Below are positions 1-8,038 of a stretch of DNA of 20,931 nt, one piece after another. The position numbers and the translations under genes were made by a program. Origin of the DNA: a virus (taxonomy: Duplodnaviria > Heunggongvirae > Uroviricota > Caudoviricetes). How positions within the stretch are numbered: the stretch's first letter is position 1; each line of letters begins with the position of its first letter. Location of the stretch: IMG/VR virus record IMGVR_UViG_2700989274_000005, positions 1 through 20,931 of that record. One strand, given 5' to 3'. The notes under the pieces are model-generated. The model had not been told where the DNA came from, did not search any database, and worked only from the letters and a program-made list of their open reading frames with translations.

Positions 1-1284
1 TTACTTCTTCGCCTCTGCAACCACTTTACTACCCACGCCGCGGTTATTGTATTCCCACATGCGGTTGTAGTTAGTGTCATTCAGATTGCGCTGTATTTCG
101 TCGTTATCATCTACGCTGCCGGTATTACCCGCAAACGGACGATTAGAGATCACCGCATCGGCCCACGGTTTAGCCGTGTTAAAACCTTCGTTGATGGCGC
201 TATCACGGATCACCACCTGACCGTTGGTATTGGCATCAACATCCAGCGAGCGGCCCAGTTGCGCCACACCATCACCGAAAGCATTGAAACGGCTGTTTAC
301 GGCGAGGAAACCGTAGTAAATGTTGGACAGCGTAGCCGGTGCAAACACATACGCTTCTTGCTGAGTACGTGAGTTCACCACGCGGAATTCGGTGTTATCG
401 AACACCACTGCGCCGCGACCAGAAACGATATCCACATCCCCTTCAATGTAGCTGTTGGTCACCAGCGTACGCGGCTGACGATTCGTTTCCAGACGGTTCT
501 GCACACCGCTGTTGGTGACAAAGAAGGTGTTCTGACGACCGAGAATGTTAACGTTGTTAATCTGTACCTGGTCACCATCAGTACGCAGTGCCACCGCCGG
601 ATGGTTACCTGCATCTACGCTATCGCCCAGCGTGTTTTCGATGGTCAGATTTTGCAGTTGCAGGCCATTGTTTTGTGACCAGAAGACCGCAGAGCAGAGA
701 ACACCGATACTGTCGCTGCGTTTGCTCTGGCAGCTATCGTACATATACCACGCTGGTTTACCTGGCATATATTTGCCGCGCGGGTTGACGTCGTGACGCC
801 AGTCGGCAGGGCTCATGCCACCATCAAGGGAAAGCCCAATCTTCACATCAATCGGTTTTTCACCTGTACCGTACAGAGTAATTCCACCCGGAGCGGCAGG
901 GACATATACCGTTCCCTGATACTCACCAGGCATCACGGCAATATACTGGCGCTTGTTGGTACGCTTGATAATTGCCGCATCTACCGCCGCCTGAATCGTG
1001 GTATGCGTTACACCTTGAGTGCCCGCCGGGCCGACAACAAAGTCAGGTTGCGCAGGCAGGGTAATCGGGGAAGGATTCCACGCTGCAGCACCTGGTGTCA
1101 GGGATGCAAAATAGTGTTGAGCATCGAAATTCTGCGCTTCTTTTGCCGACAGAATCGGGCGAGAAGAGGTACCAGGCGCGGTTTGATCAGAAGGACGTTG
1201 ATCGGGCGGGGTTGAGCTACAGGCGGTCAGCGTCACGCCAAAAGCCAATGCCAGCGCCAGACGGGAAACTGAAAATGTGTTCAC
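1..1284 (-). CDS. ybhC: YbhC-like outer-membrane lipoprotein (pectinesterase-family / acyl-CoA thioesterase), host chromosomal gene flanking attB
   Basis: 427-aa ORF with signal peptide and lipobox (LTAC); translation matches my recollection of E. coli YbhC; sits immediately beside the lambda att core, as ybhC does in K-12. Confidence 0.85.
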   Translation of the reverse strand: MNTFSVSRLALALAFGVTLTACSSTPPDQRPSDQTAPGTSSRPILSAKEAQNFDAQHYFASLTPGAAAWNPSPITLPAQPDFVVGPAGTQGVTHTTIQAAVDAAIIKRTNKRQYIAVMPGEYQGTVYVPAAPGGITLYGTGEKPIDVKIGLSLDGGMSPADWRHDVNPRGKYMPGKPAWYMYDSCQSKRSDSIGVLCSAVFWSQNNGLQLQNLTIENTLGDSVDAGNHPAVALRTDGDQVQINNVNILGRQNTFFVTNSGVQNRLETNRQPRTLVTNSYIEGDVDIVSGRGAVVFDNTEFRVVNSRTQQEAYVFAPATLSNIYYGFLAVNSRFNAFGDGVAQLGRSLDVDANTNGQVVIRDSAINEGFNTAKPWADAVISNRPFAGNTGSVDDNDEIQRNLNDTNYNRMWEYNNRGVGSKVVAEAKK

Positions 1285-1330
1285 AGGTTGCTCCGGGCTA
1301 TGAAATAGAAAAATGAATCCGTTGAAGCCT

Positions 1331-1345
1331 GCTTTTTTATACTAA
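1331..1345. other. attL: attL core (15-bp lambda att common core GCTTTTTTATACTAA)
   Basis: Exact lambda core sequence seen; left flank (tgaagcct) matches the attB bacterial arm, right flank matches the lambda P' arm. Confidence 0.9.
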
Positions 1346-1390
1346 GTTGGCATTATAAAAAAGCATTGCTTATCAATTTGTTGCAACGAA

Positions 1391-1421
1391 CAGGTCACTA
1401 TCAGTCAAAATAAAATCATTA
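1391..1421. promoter_or_regulatory. P' arm-type Int binding sites (P'1-P'3)
   Basis: caggtcactat / cagtcaaaat / aaaatcatta arm-type repeats seen, overlapping the int stop as in lambda. Confidence 0.7.
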
Positions 1422-2489
1422 TTTGATTTCAATTTTGTCCCACTCCCTGCCTCTGTCATCACGATACTGTGATGCCATGGTGTCCGACTTATGCCCGAGA
1501 AGATGTTGAGCAAACTTATCGCTTATCTGCTTCTCATAGAGTCTTGCAGACAAACTGCGCAACTCGTGAAAGGTAGGCGGATCCCCTTCGAAGGAAAGAC
1601 CTGATGCTTTTCGTGCGCGCATAAAATACCTTGATACTGTGCCGGATGAAAGCGGTTCGCGACGAGTAGATGCAATTATGGTTTCTCCGCCAAGAATCTC
1701 TTTGCATTTATCAAGTGTTTCCTTCATTGATATCCCGAGAGCATCAACATGCAATGTTGTTGGGATGGCAATTTTTACGCCTGTTTTGCTTTGCTCGACA
1801 TAAAGATATCCATCTACGATATCAGACCACTTCATTTCGCATAAATCACCAACTCGTTGCCCGGTAACAACAGCCAGTTCCATTGCAAGTCTGAGCCAAC
1901 ATGGTGATGATTCTGCTGCTTGATAAATTTTCAGGTATTCGTCAGCCGTAAGTCTTGATCTCCTTACCTCTGATTTTGCTGCGCGAGTGGCAGCGACAGG
2001 GTTTGTTGTTATATGGCCTTCAGCTATTGCCTCTCGGAATGCATCGCTCAGTGTTGATCTGATTAACTTGGCTGACGCCGCCTTGCCCTCGTCTATGTAT
2101 CCATTGAGCATTGCCGCAATTTCTTTTGTGGTGATGTCTTCAAGTGGAGCATCAGGCAGACCCCTCCTTATTGCTTTAATTTTGCTCATGTAATTTATGA
2201 GTGTCTTCTGCTTGATTCCTCTGCTGGCCAGGATTTTTTCGTAGCGATCAAGCCATGAATGTAACGTAACGGAATTATCACTGTTGATTCTCGCTGTCAG
2301 AGGCTTGTGTTTGTGTCCTGAAAATAACTCAATGTTGGCCTGTATAGCTTCAGTGATTGCGATTCGCCTGTCTCGGCCTAATCCAAACTCTTTACCCGTC
2401 CTTGGGTCCCTGTAGCAGTAATATCCATTGTTTCTTATATAAAGGTTAGGGGGTAAATCCCGGCGCTCATGACTTCGCCTTCTTCCCAT
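1419..2489 (-). CDS. int: Lambda integrase (tyrosine recombinase)
   Basis: 356-aa ORF; translation MGRRRSHERRDLPPNLYIRNNGYYCYRDPRTGKEFGLGRDRR... is near-identical to lambda Int as I recall it; adjacent to attL. Confidence 0.95.
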   Translation of the reverse strand: MGRRRSHERRDLPPNLYIRNNGYYCYRDPRTGKEFGLGRDRRIAITEAIQANIELFSGHKHKPLTARINSDNSVTLHSWLDRYEKILASRGIKQKTLINYMSKIKAIRRGLPDAPLEDITTKEIAAMLNGYIDEGKAASAKLIRSTLSDAFREAIAEGHITTNPVAATRAAKSEVRRSRLTADEYLKIYQAAESSPCWLRLAMELAVVTGQRVGDLCEMKWSDIVDGYLYVEQSKTGVKIAIPTTLHVDALGISMKETLDKCKEILGGETIIASTRREPLSSGTVSRYFMRARKASGLSFEGDPPTFHELRSLSARLYEKQISDKFAQHLLGHKSDTMASQYRDDRGREWDKIEIK

Positions 2490-2685
2490 TTCTGATCCTC
2501 TTCAAAAGGCTACCTGTTACTGGTCGATTTAAGTCAACCTTTACCGCTGATTCGTGGAACAGATATTCTCTTCCATCCTTAACCGGAGGAGGGAATATCC
2601 TGCATTCGCGCACCCATCGACGAACTGTTTCAAGGCTTCTTGGGCGTCGCTGGCGAGCGTTCCACTCCTGAAGTGTCAAGTACAT
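2467..2685 (-). CDS. xis: Lambda excisionase
   Basis: 72-aa ORF MYLTLQEWNARQRRPRSLETVRRW...; overlaps the int start by 23 nt as in lambda. Confidence 0.9.
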   Translation of the reverse strand: MYLTLQEWNARQRRPRSLETVRRWVRECRIFPPPVKDGREYLFHESAVKVDLNRPVTGSLLKRIRNGKKAKS

Positions 2686-2712
2686 CGCAAAGTCTCCGCA
2701 ATTACACGCAAG

Positions 2713-2735
2713 AAAAAACCGCCATCAGGCGGCTT
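2713..2735 (-). terminator. Putative intrinsic terminator for leftward transcripts upstream of xis
   Basis: On the minus strand: GC stem ccgcc/ggcgg (extendable with one G-U pair), 4-nt loop, followed by a U6 run. Confidence 0.45.
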
Positions 2736-2904
2736 GGTGTTCTTTCAGTTCTTCAATTCGAATATTGGTTACGTCTGCATGTGCTATCTGCGCCCACAGC
2801 ATCCAGTGGTCATAGCAGTCGCTGATGTTCTCGGCTTCGATAACTCTGTTGAATGGTTCTCCATTCTATTCACCTGTGACTCGGAAGTGCATTTATCATC
2901 TCCA

Positions 2905-2928
2905 TAAAAAAACTCGCCGTAGCGAGTT
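2905..2928 (-). terminator. Putative intrinsic terminator (minus strand), first of a tandem pair
   Basis: 7-bp inverted repeat aactcgc/gcgagtt with 4-nt loop, followed on the minus strand by a T6-7 run. Confidence 0.5.
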
Positions 2929-2931
2929 CAG

Positions 2932-2960
2932 ATAAAAGAAATCCTCGTCAGTGCGAGGAT
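2932..2960 (-). terminator. Putative intrinsic terminator (minus strand), second of a tandem pair
   Basis: 7-bp inverted repeat atcctcg/cgaggat with 6-nt loop, followed on the minus strand by a U-rich tract (uucuuuuau). Confidence 0.4.
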
Positions 2961-3132
2961 GCTGTTCATTGCTGCTATACACTTTTTTGCTCTCAACGTA
3001 AGCGGTAGCCCATTCTGTTGGGTTGGTGCAGTTGCTTTTAGGAAATGCTATTTACCCCTTAAATGTCGGCTGAAAGAGCTAAAATCCATGCAAAAAATTT
3101 ACGCAATTTTGTGTATTATTGTGCAGTAAGTA

Positions 3133-3735
3133 ATGAGCTATTTTCTGCGCAAAAAATGGATGGTAAATTTGTCCGGGTCAGGAAAAATTTTATGGGCGCT
3201 AAACATGAAAAAAGATTCGTATCCTTATTTGATTTGCATGACAGTTTCAGGGCTGATCTTTATTTTCCTTTTCTTCTGGTGGCGGGCAGATATCTACAGG
3301 GTCACGTTTCTTAATCAGAGTATATCCCACTATTACATTCTGTTTAGCATGGGAATAGCTTTTCTGTTATCTCTGTTTTGGGTTAAGAAGGGGATAGTAA
3401 AACAAAGCGGCTGGAAGAGTCTGTCAGCATACCTTAAGGTTTATGCAGGGATGTGCATATTTGCTGGATTTTTTCTGATTATACCCCTTACGACACTAAC
3501 TTATTTTTTGCCTGGAGAGACATCGTCTTACGTTGCACCGTATCGGTATACTTCCGGTAGTTCAAAAAGTTGTTCTGGAGCTGAGGTGGATGACCCCGAT
3601 CTACATGAGAATATTCGCATTTGCTATCCGTATGGCAATTATGAGTACGATAATATTATCTATGTTGAAAAGAAAATTAATATATTAGGTGCGGTAGTGA
3701 CATATGCACAGACCGCGCGTGATGATACTGAATGA
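3133..3735 (+). CDS. Hypothetical multi-pass membrane protein with cysteine-containing soluble C-terminal domain; low-GC cargo gene (start may be an internal ATG near 3205)
   Basis: 200-aa ORF in markedly AT-rich DNA; three hydrophobic segments by eye; opposite orientation to the pL-driven genes; occupies the ea8.5/ea22 position of lambda. No family recognised. Confidence 0.55.
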   Translation: MSYFLRKKWMVNLSGSGKILWALNMKKDSYPYLICMTVSGLIFIFLFFWWRADIYRVTFLNQSISHYYILFSMGIAFLLSLFWVKKGIVKQSGWKSLSAYLKVYAGMCIFAGFFLIIPLTTLTYFLPGETSSYVAPYRYTSGSSKSCSGAEVDDPDLHENIRICYPYGNYEYDNIIYVEKKINILGAVVTYAQTARDDTE

Positions 3736-3769
3736 TATAGTATATAGCGGGCAAGTTTTAGTTAATTTA

Positions 3770-3793
3770 TCGAGGTAATATAATTTACCTCGA
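3770..3793 (+). terminator. Perfect 9-bp hairpin downstream of the membrane-protein gene (possible terminator)
   Basis: tcgaggtaa-TATAAT-ttacctcga seen; followed by a moderately T-rich stretch. Confidence 0.35.
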
Positions 3794-3945
3794 CTCGTTT
3801 GTTCTGGTATTAATATTTCGCTTTACGACCGATTTTTATCTGATGATATCATGCGGTTTTCATATACTGACTTACTGTCTTTTCTCCGTTAGCGATTTTC
3901 TCCTGCTCAGCGATGATTTTATCTTTGGCTTCTAGTTAATTTCGC

Positions 3946-4167
3946 TCACTTCGAACCTCTCTGTTTACTGATAAGCTCCAGATCTTGCTGGCAACTGGCA
4001 CAAGTCCGACAACCCTGAACGGCCAGTCGTCTTCGTTCATCTATCGGATCGCCACACTCACAACAATGAGTGGCAGATATAGCCTGGTGGTTCAGGCGGC
4101 GCATTTTTATTGCTGTGTTGCGCTGTAATTCTTCAATTTCTGATGCTGAATCAATTATGTCTGCCAT
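3946..4167 (-). CDS. TraR/DksA-family C4 zinc-finger protein (lambda orf73-like)
   Basis: 73-aa ORF with a CxxC...CxxC spacing (CCECGDPIDERRRLAVQGCRTCASC) typical of TraR/DksA C-terminal zinc fingers; lambdoid b-region position. Confidence 0.6.
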   Translation of the reverse strand: MADIIDSASEIEELQRNTAIKMRRLNHQAISATHCCECGDPIDERRRLAVQGCRTCASCQQDLELISKQRGSK

Positions 4168-4222
4168 CTTTCATTAATCCCTGAATTGTTGGTTAATACG
4201 CTTGAGGGTGAATGCGAATAAT

Positions 4223-4243
4223 AAAAAAGGAGCCTGTAGCTCC
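4223..4243 (-). terminator. Putative intrinsic terminator (minus strand) between the 93-aa ORF and the TraR-like gene
   Basis: ggagc/gctcc stem with 5-nt loop, followed on the minus strand by a T6 run. Confidence 0.45.
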
Positions 4244-4265
4244 CTGATGATTTTGCTTTTCATGT

Positions 4266-4547
4266 TCACCGTTCCTTAAAGACGCCGTTCAACATGCCGA
4301 TCGCCAGGCTTAAATGAGTCGGTGTGAATCCCATCAGCGTTACCGTTTCGCGGTGCTTCTTTAGTACGCTACGGCAAATGTCATCGACGTTTTTATCCGG
4401 AAACTGCTGTCTGGCTTTTTTGATTTCAGAATTAGCCTGACGGGCAATGCTGCGAAGGGCGTTTTCTTGCTGAGGTGTCATTGAACAAGCCCCATGTCGG
4501 CAAGCATAAGCACACAGAATATGAAGCCCGCTGCCAGAAAAATGCAT
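4266..4547 (-). CDS. Hypothetical small b-region protein (lambda orf61 position; start may be internal)
   Basis: 93-aa ORF co-oriented with the neighbouring lambda-like small ORFs; identity not recognised with certainty. Confidence 0.4.
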   Translation of the reverse strand: MHFSGSGLHILCAYACRHGACSMTPQQENALRSIARQANSEIKKARQQFPDKNVDDICRSVLKKHRETVTLMGFTPTHLSLAIGMLNGVFKER

Positions 4548-4557
4548 TCAGTGGTTG

Positions 4558-4749
4558 TCATACCTGGTCTCTCTCATCTGCTTCTGCTTTCGCCACCATC
4601 ATTTCCAGCTTTTGTGAAAGGGATGCGGCTAACGTATGAAATTCTTCGTCTGTTTCTACTGGTATTGGCACAAACCTGACTCCAATTTGAGCGAGGCTAT
4701 GTGCCATCTCGATACTCGTTCTTAATTCAACGGGAGATGCTTTGTGCAT
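4558..4749 (-). CDS. Lambda orf63-like small protein
   Basis: 63-aa ORF immediately before the exo-proximal small ORF; size and position match lambda orf63. Confidence 0.5.
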   Translation of the reverse strand: MHKASPVELRTSIEMAHSLAQIGVRFVPIPVETDEEFHTLAASLSQKLEMMVAKAEADERDQV

Positions 4750-4910
4750 ACAGCTCCCCGTTTATTATTTATCTCCTCAGCCAGCCGCTGGGCTTTCAGC
4801 GGATTTCGGATAACAGAAAGGCCGGGAAATACCCAGCCTCGCTTTGTAACGGAGTAGACGAAAGTGATCGCGCCTACCCGGATATTATCGTGAGGATGCT
4901 TCATTGCCAT
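4722..4910 (-). CDS. Lambda orf60a-like small protein
   Basis: 62-aa ORF overlapping the exo start, as orf60a does in lambda. Confidence 0.45.
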   Translation of the reverse strand: MAMKHPHDNIRVGAITFVYSVTKRGWVFPGLSVIRNPLKAQRLAEEINNKRGAVCTKHLPLN

Positions 4911-5581
4911 TGCTCCCCATATACAAAACCAATTTCAGCCAGTGCCTCGTCCATTTTTTCGATGAACTCCGGCACCATCTCGTCAAAACTCGCCATGTAC
5001 TTTTCATTCCGCTCAACCACGACGTAATGCAGGCCTTCACGCTTCATGCGCGGGTCATAGTTGGCAAAGTACCAGGCATCTTTTCGCGTCACCCACATGC
5101 TGTACTGCACCTGGGCCATGTAAGCCGATTTTATTGCCTCGAAACCACCGAGCCGGAATTTCATGAAATCCCGGGAGGTAAACGGGCATTTCAGTTCAAG
5201 GCCGTTGCCGTCACTGCATAAACCATCGGGAGAGCAGGCGGTGCGCATATTTTCGTCGCGATAGATGATCGGGGATTCAGTAATATTCACGCCGGAAGTG
5301 AATTCAAACAGGGTTCTGGCGTCGTTCTCGTACTGTTTTCCCCAGGCCAGCGCCTTAGCATTAACTTCCGGAGCCACACCGGTGCAAACCTCAGCCAGCA
5401 GGGTGTGGAAGTAGGACATTTTCATGTCAGGCCACTTCTTTCCTGAGCGGGGCTTTGCTATCACGTTGTGAACTTCTGAAGCGGTGATGACGCCGAGCCG
5501 TAATTTGTGCCATGCATCATCCCCCTGTTCGACAACTCTCACGTCGATCCCGGTACGCTGCAGGATAATGTCCGGTGTCAT
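4901..5581 (-). CDS. exo: Lambda exonuclease (Red alpha)
   Basis: 226-aa [18 protein letters not shown]...; near-identical to lambda Exo as recalled; overlaps bet by 4 nt. Confidence 0.95.
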   Translation of the reverse strand: MTPDIILQRTGIDVRVVEQGDDAWHKLRLGVITASEVHNVIAKPRSGKKWPDMKMSYFHTLLAEVCTGVAPEVNAKALAWGKQYENDARTLFEFTSGVNITESPIIYRDENMRTACSPDGLCSDGNGLELKCPFTSRDFMKFRLGGFEAIKSAYMAQVQYSMWVTRKDAWYFANYDPRMKREGLHYVVVERNEKYMASFDEMVPEFIEKMDEALAEIGFVYGEQWQ

Positions 5582-6363
5582 GCTGCCACCTTCTGCTCAG
5601 TGGCTTTCTGTTTAAGGAATCCAAGAGCTTTCACTGCTTCGGCCTGTGTCAGTTCTGACGATGCGCGAATGTCGCGGCGAAATATCTGGGAACAGAGCGG
5701 CAATAAGTCGTCATCCCATGTTTTATCCAGGGCGATCAGCAGAGTGTTAATCTCCTGCATGGTTTCATCGTTAACCGGAGTGATGTCGCGTTCCGGCTGA
5801 CGTTCTGCAGTGTATGCAGTATTTTCGACAATGCGCTCGGCTTCATCCTTGTCATAGATACCAGCAAATCCGAAGGCCAGACGGGCACACTGAATCATGG
5901 CTTTATGCCGTAACATCCGTTTGGGATGCGACTGCCACGGCCCCGTGATTTCTCTGCCTTCGCGGGTTTTGAATGGTTCGCGGCGGCATTCATCCATCCA
6001 CTCGGTAACGCAGATCGGATGATTGCGGTCTTTGCGGTAAATCCGGCATGTGCAGGATTCGTTGTCCTGTTCAAAGTCCATGCCGTCAAACTGCTGGTTT
6101 TCGTTGATGATGCGGGACCAGCCATCAACGCCCACCACCGGAACGATGCCGTTCTGCTTATCAGGGAAGGCGTAAATTTCTTTCGTCCACGGATTAAGAC
6201 CGTACTGGTTGGCGACGATCAGCAATGCGATGAACTGCGCATCGCTGGCATCACCTTTAAATGCCGTCTGGCGAAGAGTGGTGATCAGTTCCTGTGGGTC
6301 GACAGAATCCATGCCGACTCGTTCAGCCAGCTTCCCAGCCAGCGTTGCGAGTGCTGTACTCAT
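5578..6363 (-). CDS. bet: Lambda Bet (Red beta single-strand annealing protein)
   Basis: 261-aa [69 protein letters not shown]...; matches lambda Bet as recalled. Confidence 0.95.
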   Translation of the reverse strand: MSTALATLAGKLAERVGMDSVDPQELITTLRQTAFKGDASDAQFIALLIVANQYGLNPWTKEIYAFPDKQNGIVPVVGVDGWSRIINENQQFDGMDFEQDNESCTCRIYRKDRNHPICVTEWMDECRREPFKTREGREITGPWQSHPKRMLRHKAMIQCARLAFGFAGIYDKDEAERIVENTAYTAERQPERDITPVNDETMQEINTLLIALDKTWDDDLLPLCSQIFRRDIRASSELTQAEAVKALGFLKQKATEQKVAA

Positions 6364-6368
6364 CCGTT

Positions 6369-6665
6369 TTATACCTCTGAATCAATATCAACCTGGTGGT
6401 GAGCAATGGTTTCAACCATGTACCGGATGTGTTCTGCCATGCGCTCCTGAAACTCAACATCGTCATCAAACGCACGGGTAATGGCTTTTTTGCTGACCCC
6501 GTGGCGTTGCAAATGATCGATGCATAGCGATTCAAACAGGTGCTGGGGCAGGCCTTTTTCCATGTCGTCTGCCAGTTCTGCCTCTTTCTCTTCACGGGCG
6601 ATCTGCTGGTAGTGACGCGCCCAGCTCTGAGCCTCAAGACGATCCTGAATGTAATAAGCGTTCAT
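6369..6665 (-). CDS. gam: Gam (RecBCD inhibitor), 98-aa GamS-length form
   Basis: 98-aa [24 protein letters not shown]... matching the C-terminal 98 aa of lambda Gam; AGGAG Shine-Dalgarno directly upstream; DNA upstream is not lambda-like. Confidence 0.9.
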   Translation of the reverse strand: MNAYYIQDRLEAQSWARHYQQIAREEKEAELADDMEKGLPQHLFESLCIDHLQRHGVSKKAITRAFDDDVEFQERMAEHIRYMVETIAHHQVDIDSEV

Positions 6666-6740
6666 GGCTGAACTCCTGAAAATGGCTGTGAAAATATCGC
6701 CCGCGAAATGCCAGGCTGATTAGGAAAACAGGAAAGGGGA

Positions 6741-7151
6741 TTAGTGATTCAGGCCGTTACCGCGTCCGTCGAGAAAAACTTCTACGAGCAAATCACGGGT
6801 ATAAGTGCGCTCGATGCCGCGATGCAGATAAAGCCGTCCGCGTAAATTAGCTGATGCAGTCCAGGTACCATCTTTGTGTTTGACCAGCATTCCTGGCATG
6901 ACCGCACCGCGATTAACGGTCTGCGTTCCGTAATGTTGATGAACCATAAAAACTCCTGCCCGTAAGCTGGGCTGCTGAACATATAGAGACTTCTGCGCGT
7001 ATTCAGGCGGTGGATGGCCGCCGGTTGTCATAACTAAGCCGCCTCGTTGAAGCGACTGAGGTATAAAGTGTTGTGTTGATTTCAGCTGGTCACACCGACG
7101 TTCACGCGTCCGTTTCACCCCTCGCACTCCCCGAAGCCTGCTGAAATTCAA
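6741..7151 (-). CDS. Hypothetical first gene of the early-left operon; Arg-rich N-terminus resembling N-family arginine-rich motifs; start codon uncertain
   Basis: Open frame begins at a TTG (7151). A GTG at 7118 has a GGGGAG Shine-Dalgarno and would start the protein at ...[15 protein letters not shown] (compare lambda N ...TRRRERRAEKQAQ). An internal ATG at 6947 has a strong AGGAG Shine-Dalgarno and gives a 68-aa product. Confidence 0.35.
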   Translation of the reverse strand: MNFSRLRGVRGVKRTRERRCDQLKSTQHFIPQSLQRGGLVMTTGGHPPPEYAQKSLYVQQPSLRAGVFMVHQHYGTQTVNRGAVMPGMLVKHKDGTWTASANLRGRLYLHRGIERTYTRDLLVEVFLDGRGNGLNH

Positions 7152-7224
7152 ACTGCGGATCTAAGCGGTCATCGCAACGGTGAAACAGGTGGTTACCGTA
7201 TCGTTGTGTCGTTGCGATGAATTT

Positions 7225-7300
7225 AATTTAAAACTATAGTTGTTTTATCGTCAACAACAAAAGTTGTTTTGTCGGTTGTTTTAAATATAACTGGTTGTAT
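7225..7300 (-). promoter_or_regulatory. Putative OL/pL: leftward promoter overlapped by repressor operator repeats
   Basis: Minus strand reads TTGACG-ataaaacaactatagtt-TTAAAT, nearly the same string as the putative pR. Cluster of GTTGTT-type half-sites (7239-7257, 7264-7280, 7293-7299). Confidence 0.5.
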
Positions 7301-7380
7301 TTAGGATGGATTTATTTTGTGACTTGCATCGCATAGCGATAACTGAAGTGAGGTGTGGTGGTTTTTTGGACGGTATGAGT

Positions 7381-7411
7381 TATGAGGGGGAGGAAAAGAA
7401 AACCCGGCGCG
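7381..7411 (-). terminator. Putative intrinsic terminator after the lipoprotein gene (minus strand)
   Basis: 7-bp GC-rich stem acccggc/gccgggt with 6-nt loop, followed on the minus strand by uuuucuuuucc; sits 18 nt beyond the lipoprotein stop. Confidence 0.55.
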
Positions 7412-7428
7412 GTTGCCGGGTATGATTA

Positions 7429-7809
7429 TCAGTCAGCCCAACCTGATTTCGAGTTTATTTGGGTTTCTGACATTGTGTATTTCTTAATCGTGTCATCGTT
7501 AAAAAGAATAGTAAGTTCTTTTTTCGTACCGTTCGTTCCATTATGGAATAATCCATAGAATGGAATAAAAGTGGTGCCATTAACTTTTACTTTTGCAAAG
7601 GCGTACTTCCAGATCTCGTTTCCACTGTCAGTATATGAAACAGCATCAGGAGAACCAAAGTAAGATTTAACCTCATTCTTGGTTGTTTTACCTTCCTGAA
7701 GTTTAGACTGGACACTAATTTCAGTTTCATTTTTGAGTTGCTGGTTGCCTGAAGAAGCACACCCAGCCAATACAGATGCCATCATGGCAGCGATTAGGAT
7801 TTTTCTCAT
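7429..7809 (-). CDS. Small lipoprotein cargo gene in the rexAB-equivalent position (between repressor gene and OL); possible SmpA/OmlA (BamE)-like fold
   Basis: 126-aa ORF MRKILIAAMMASVLAGCASS... with signal peptide and lipobox (LAGC); AT-rich; co-oriented with the repressor gene; has its own downstream terminator. Confidence 0.65.
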   Translation of the reverse strand: MRKILIAAMMASVLAGCASSGNQQLKNETEISVQSKLQEGKTTKNEVKSYFGSPDAVSYTDSGNEIWKYAFAKVKVNGTTFIPFYGLFHNGTNGTKKELTILFNDDTIKKYTMSETQINSKSGWAD

Positions 7810-8038
7810 TTTATGTTTCCATTCATTATAATCAGAAACATCTTAACATAATGATTCGAAATAAAAACCGCTACGAGATAGGGGGACATTTTGCTGACAG
7901 TAGCAACAAATCTCAGCTAACAACGAGAATATTTACTGAAATATGCAAACAGATTTGGCGTTCTTATAGAGAATTTAGTGCAATATCTAATCCGAGTGGT
8001 ATAAACCTTAACCTTCGCTCCCTTAAGTCGTAGATAAA

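Noticed and set aside
545-1316. Plus-strand ORFs (66-140 aa) inside ybhC
   Set aside because: Antisense to a well-supported 427-aa gene; Arg/Cys-rich translations typical of out-of-frame or antisense reads.
3063-3314. 83-aa plus-strand ORF overlapping the start of the membrane-protein gene
   Set aside because: Different frame overlapping a better-supported ORF; no distinctive features. It could matter only if the membrane protein actually starts at the internal ATG near 3205.
5895-6637. Overlapping ORFs on both strands across bet and gam (5926..6402 +, 5895..6128 -, 6209..6481 +, 6323..6637 -)
   Set aside because: Lie within or out of frame with bet and gam, whose identities are strongly supported.
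7776-8033. 85-aa plus-strand ORF between the lipoprotein and repressor genes
   Set aside because: AT-rich intergenic DNA, antisense to the direction of the flanking genes, no ribosome-binding site; likely chance ORF.
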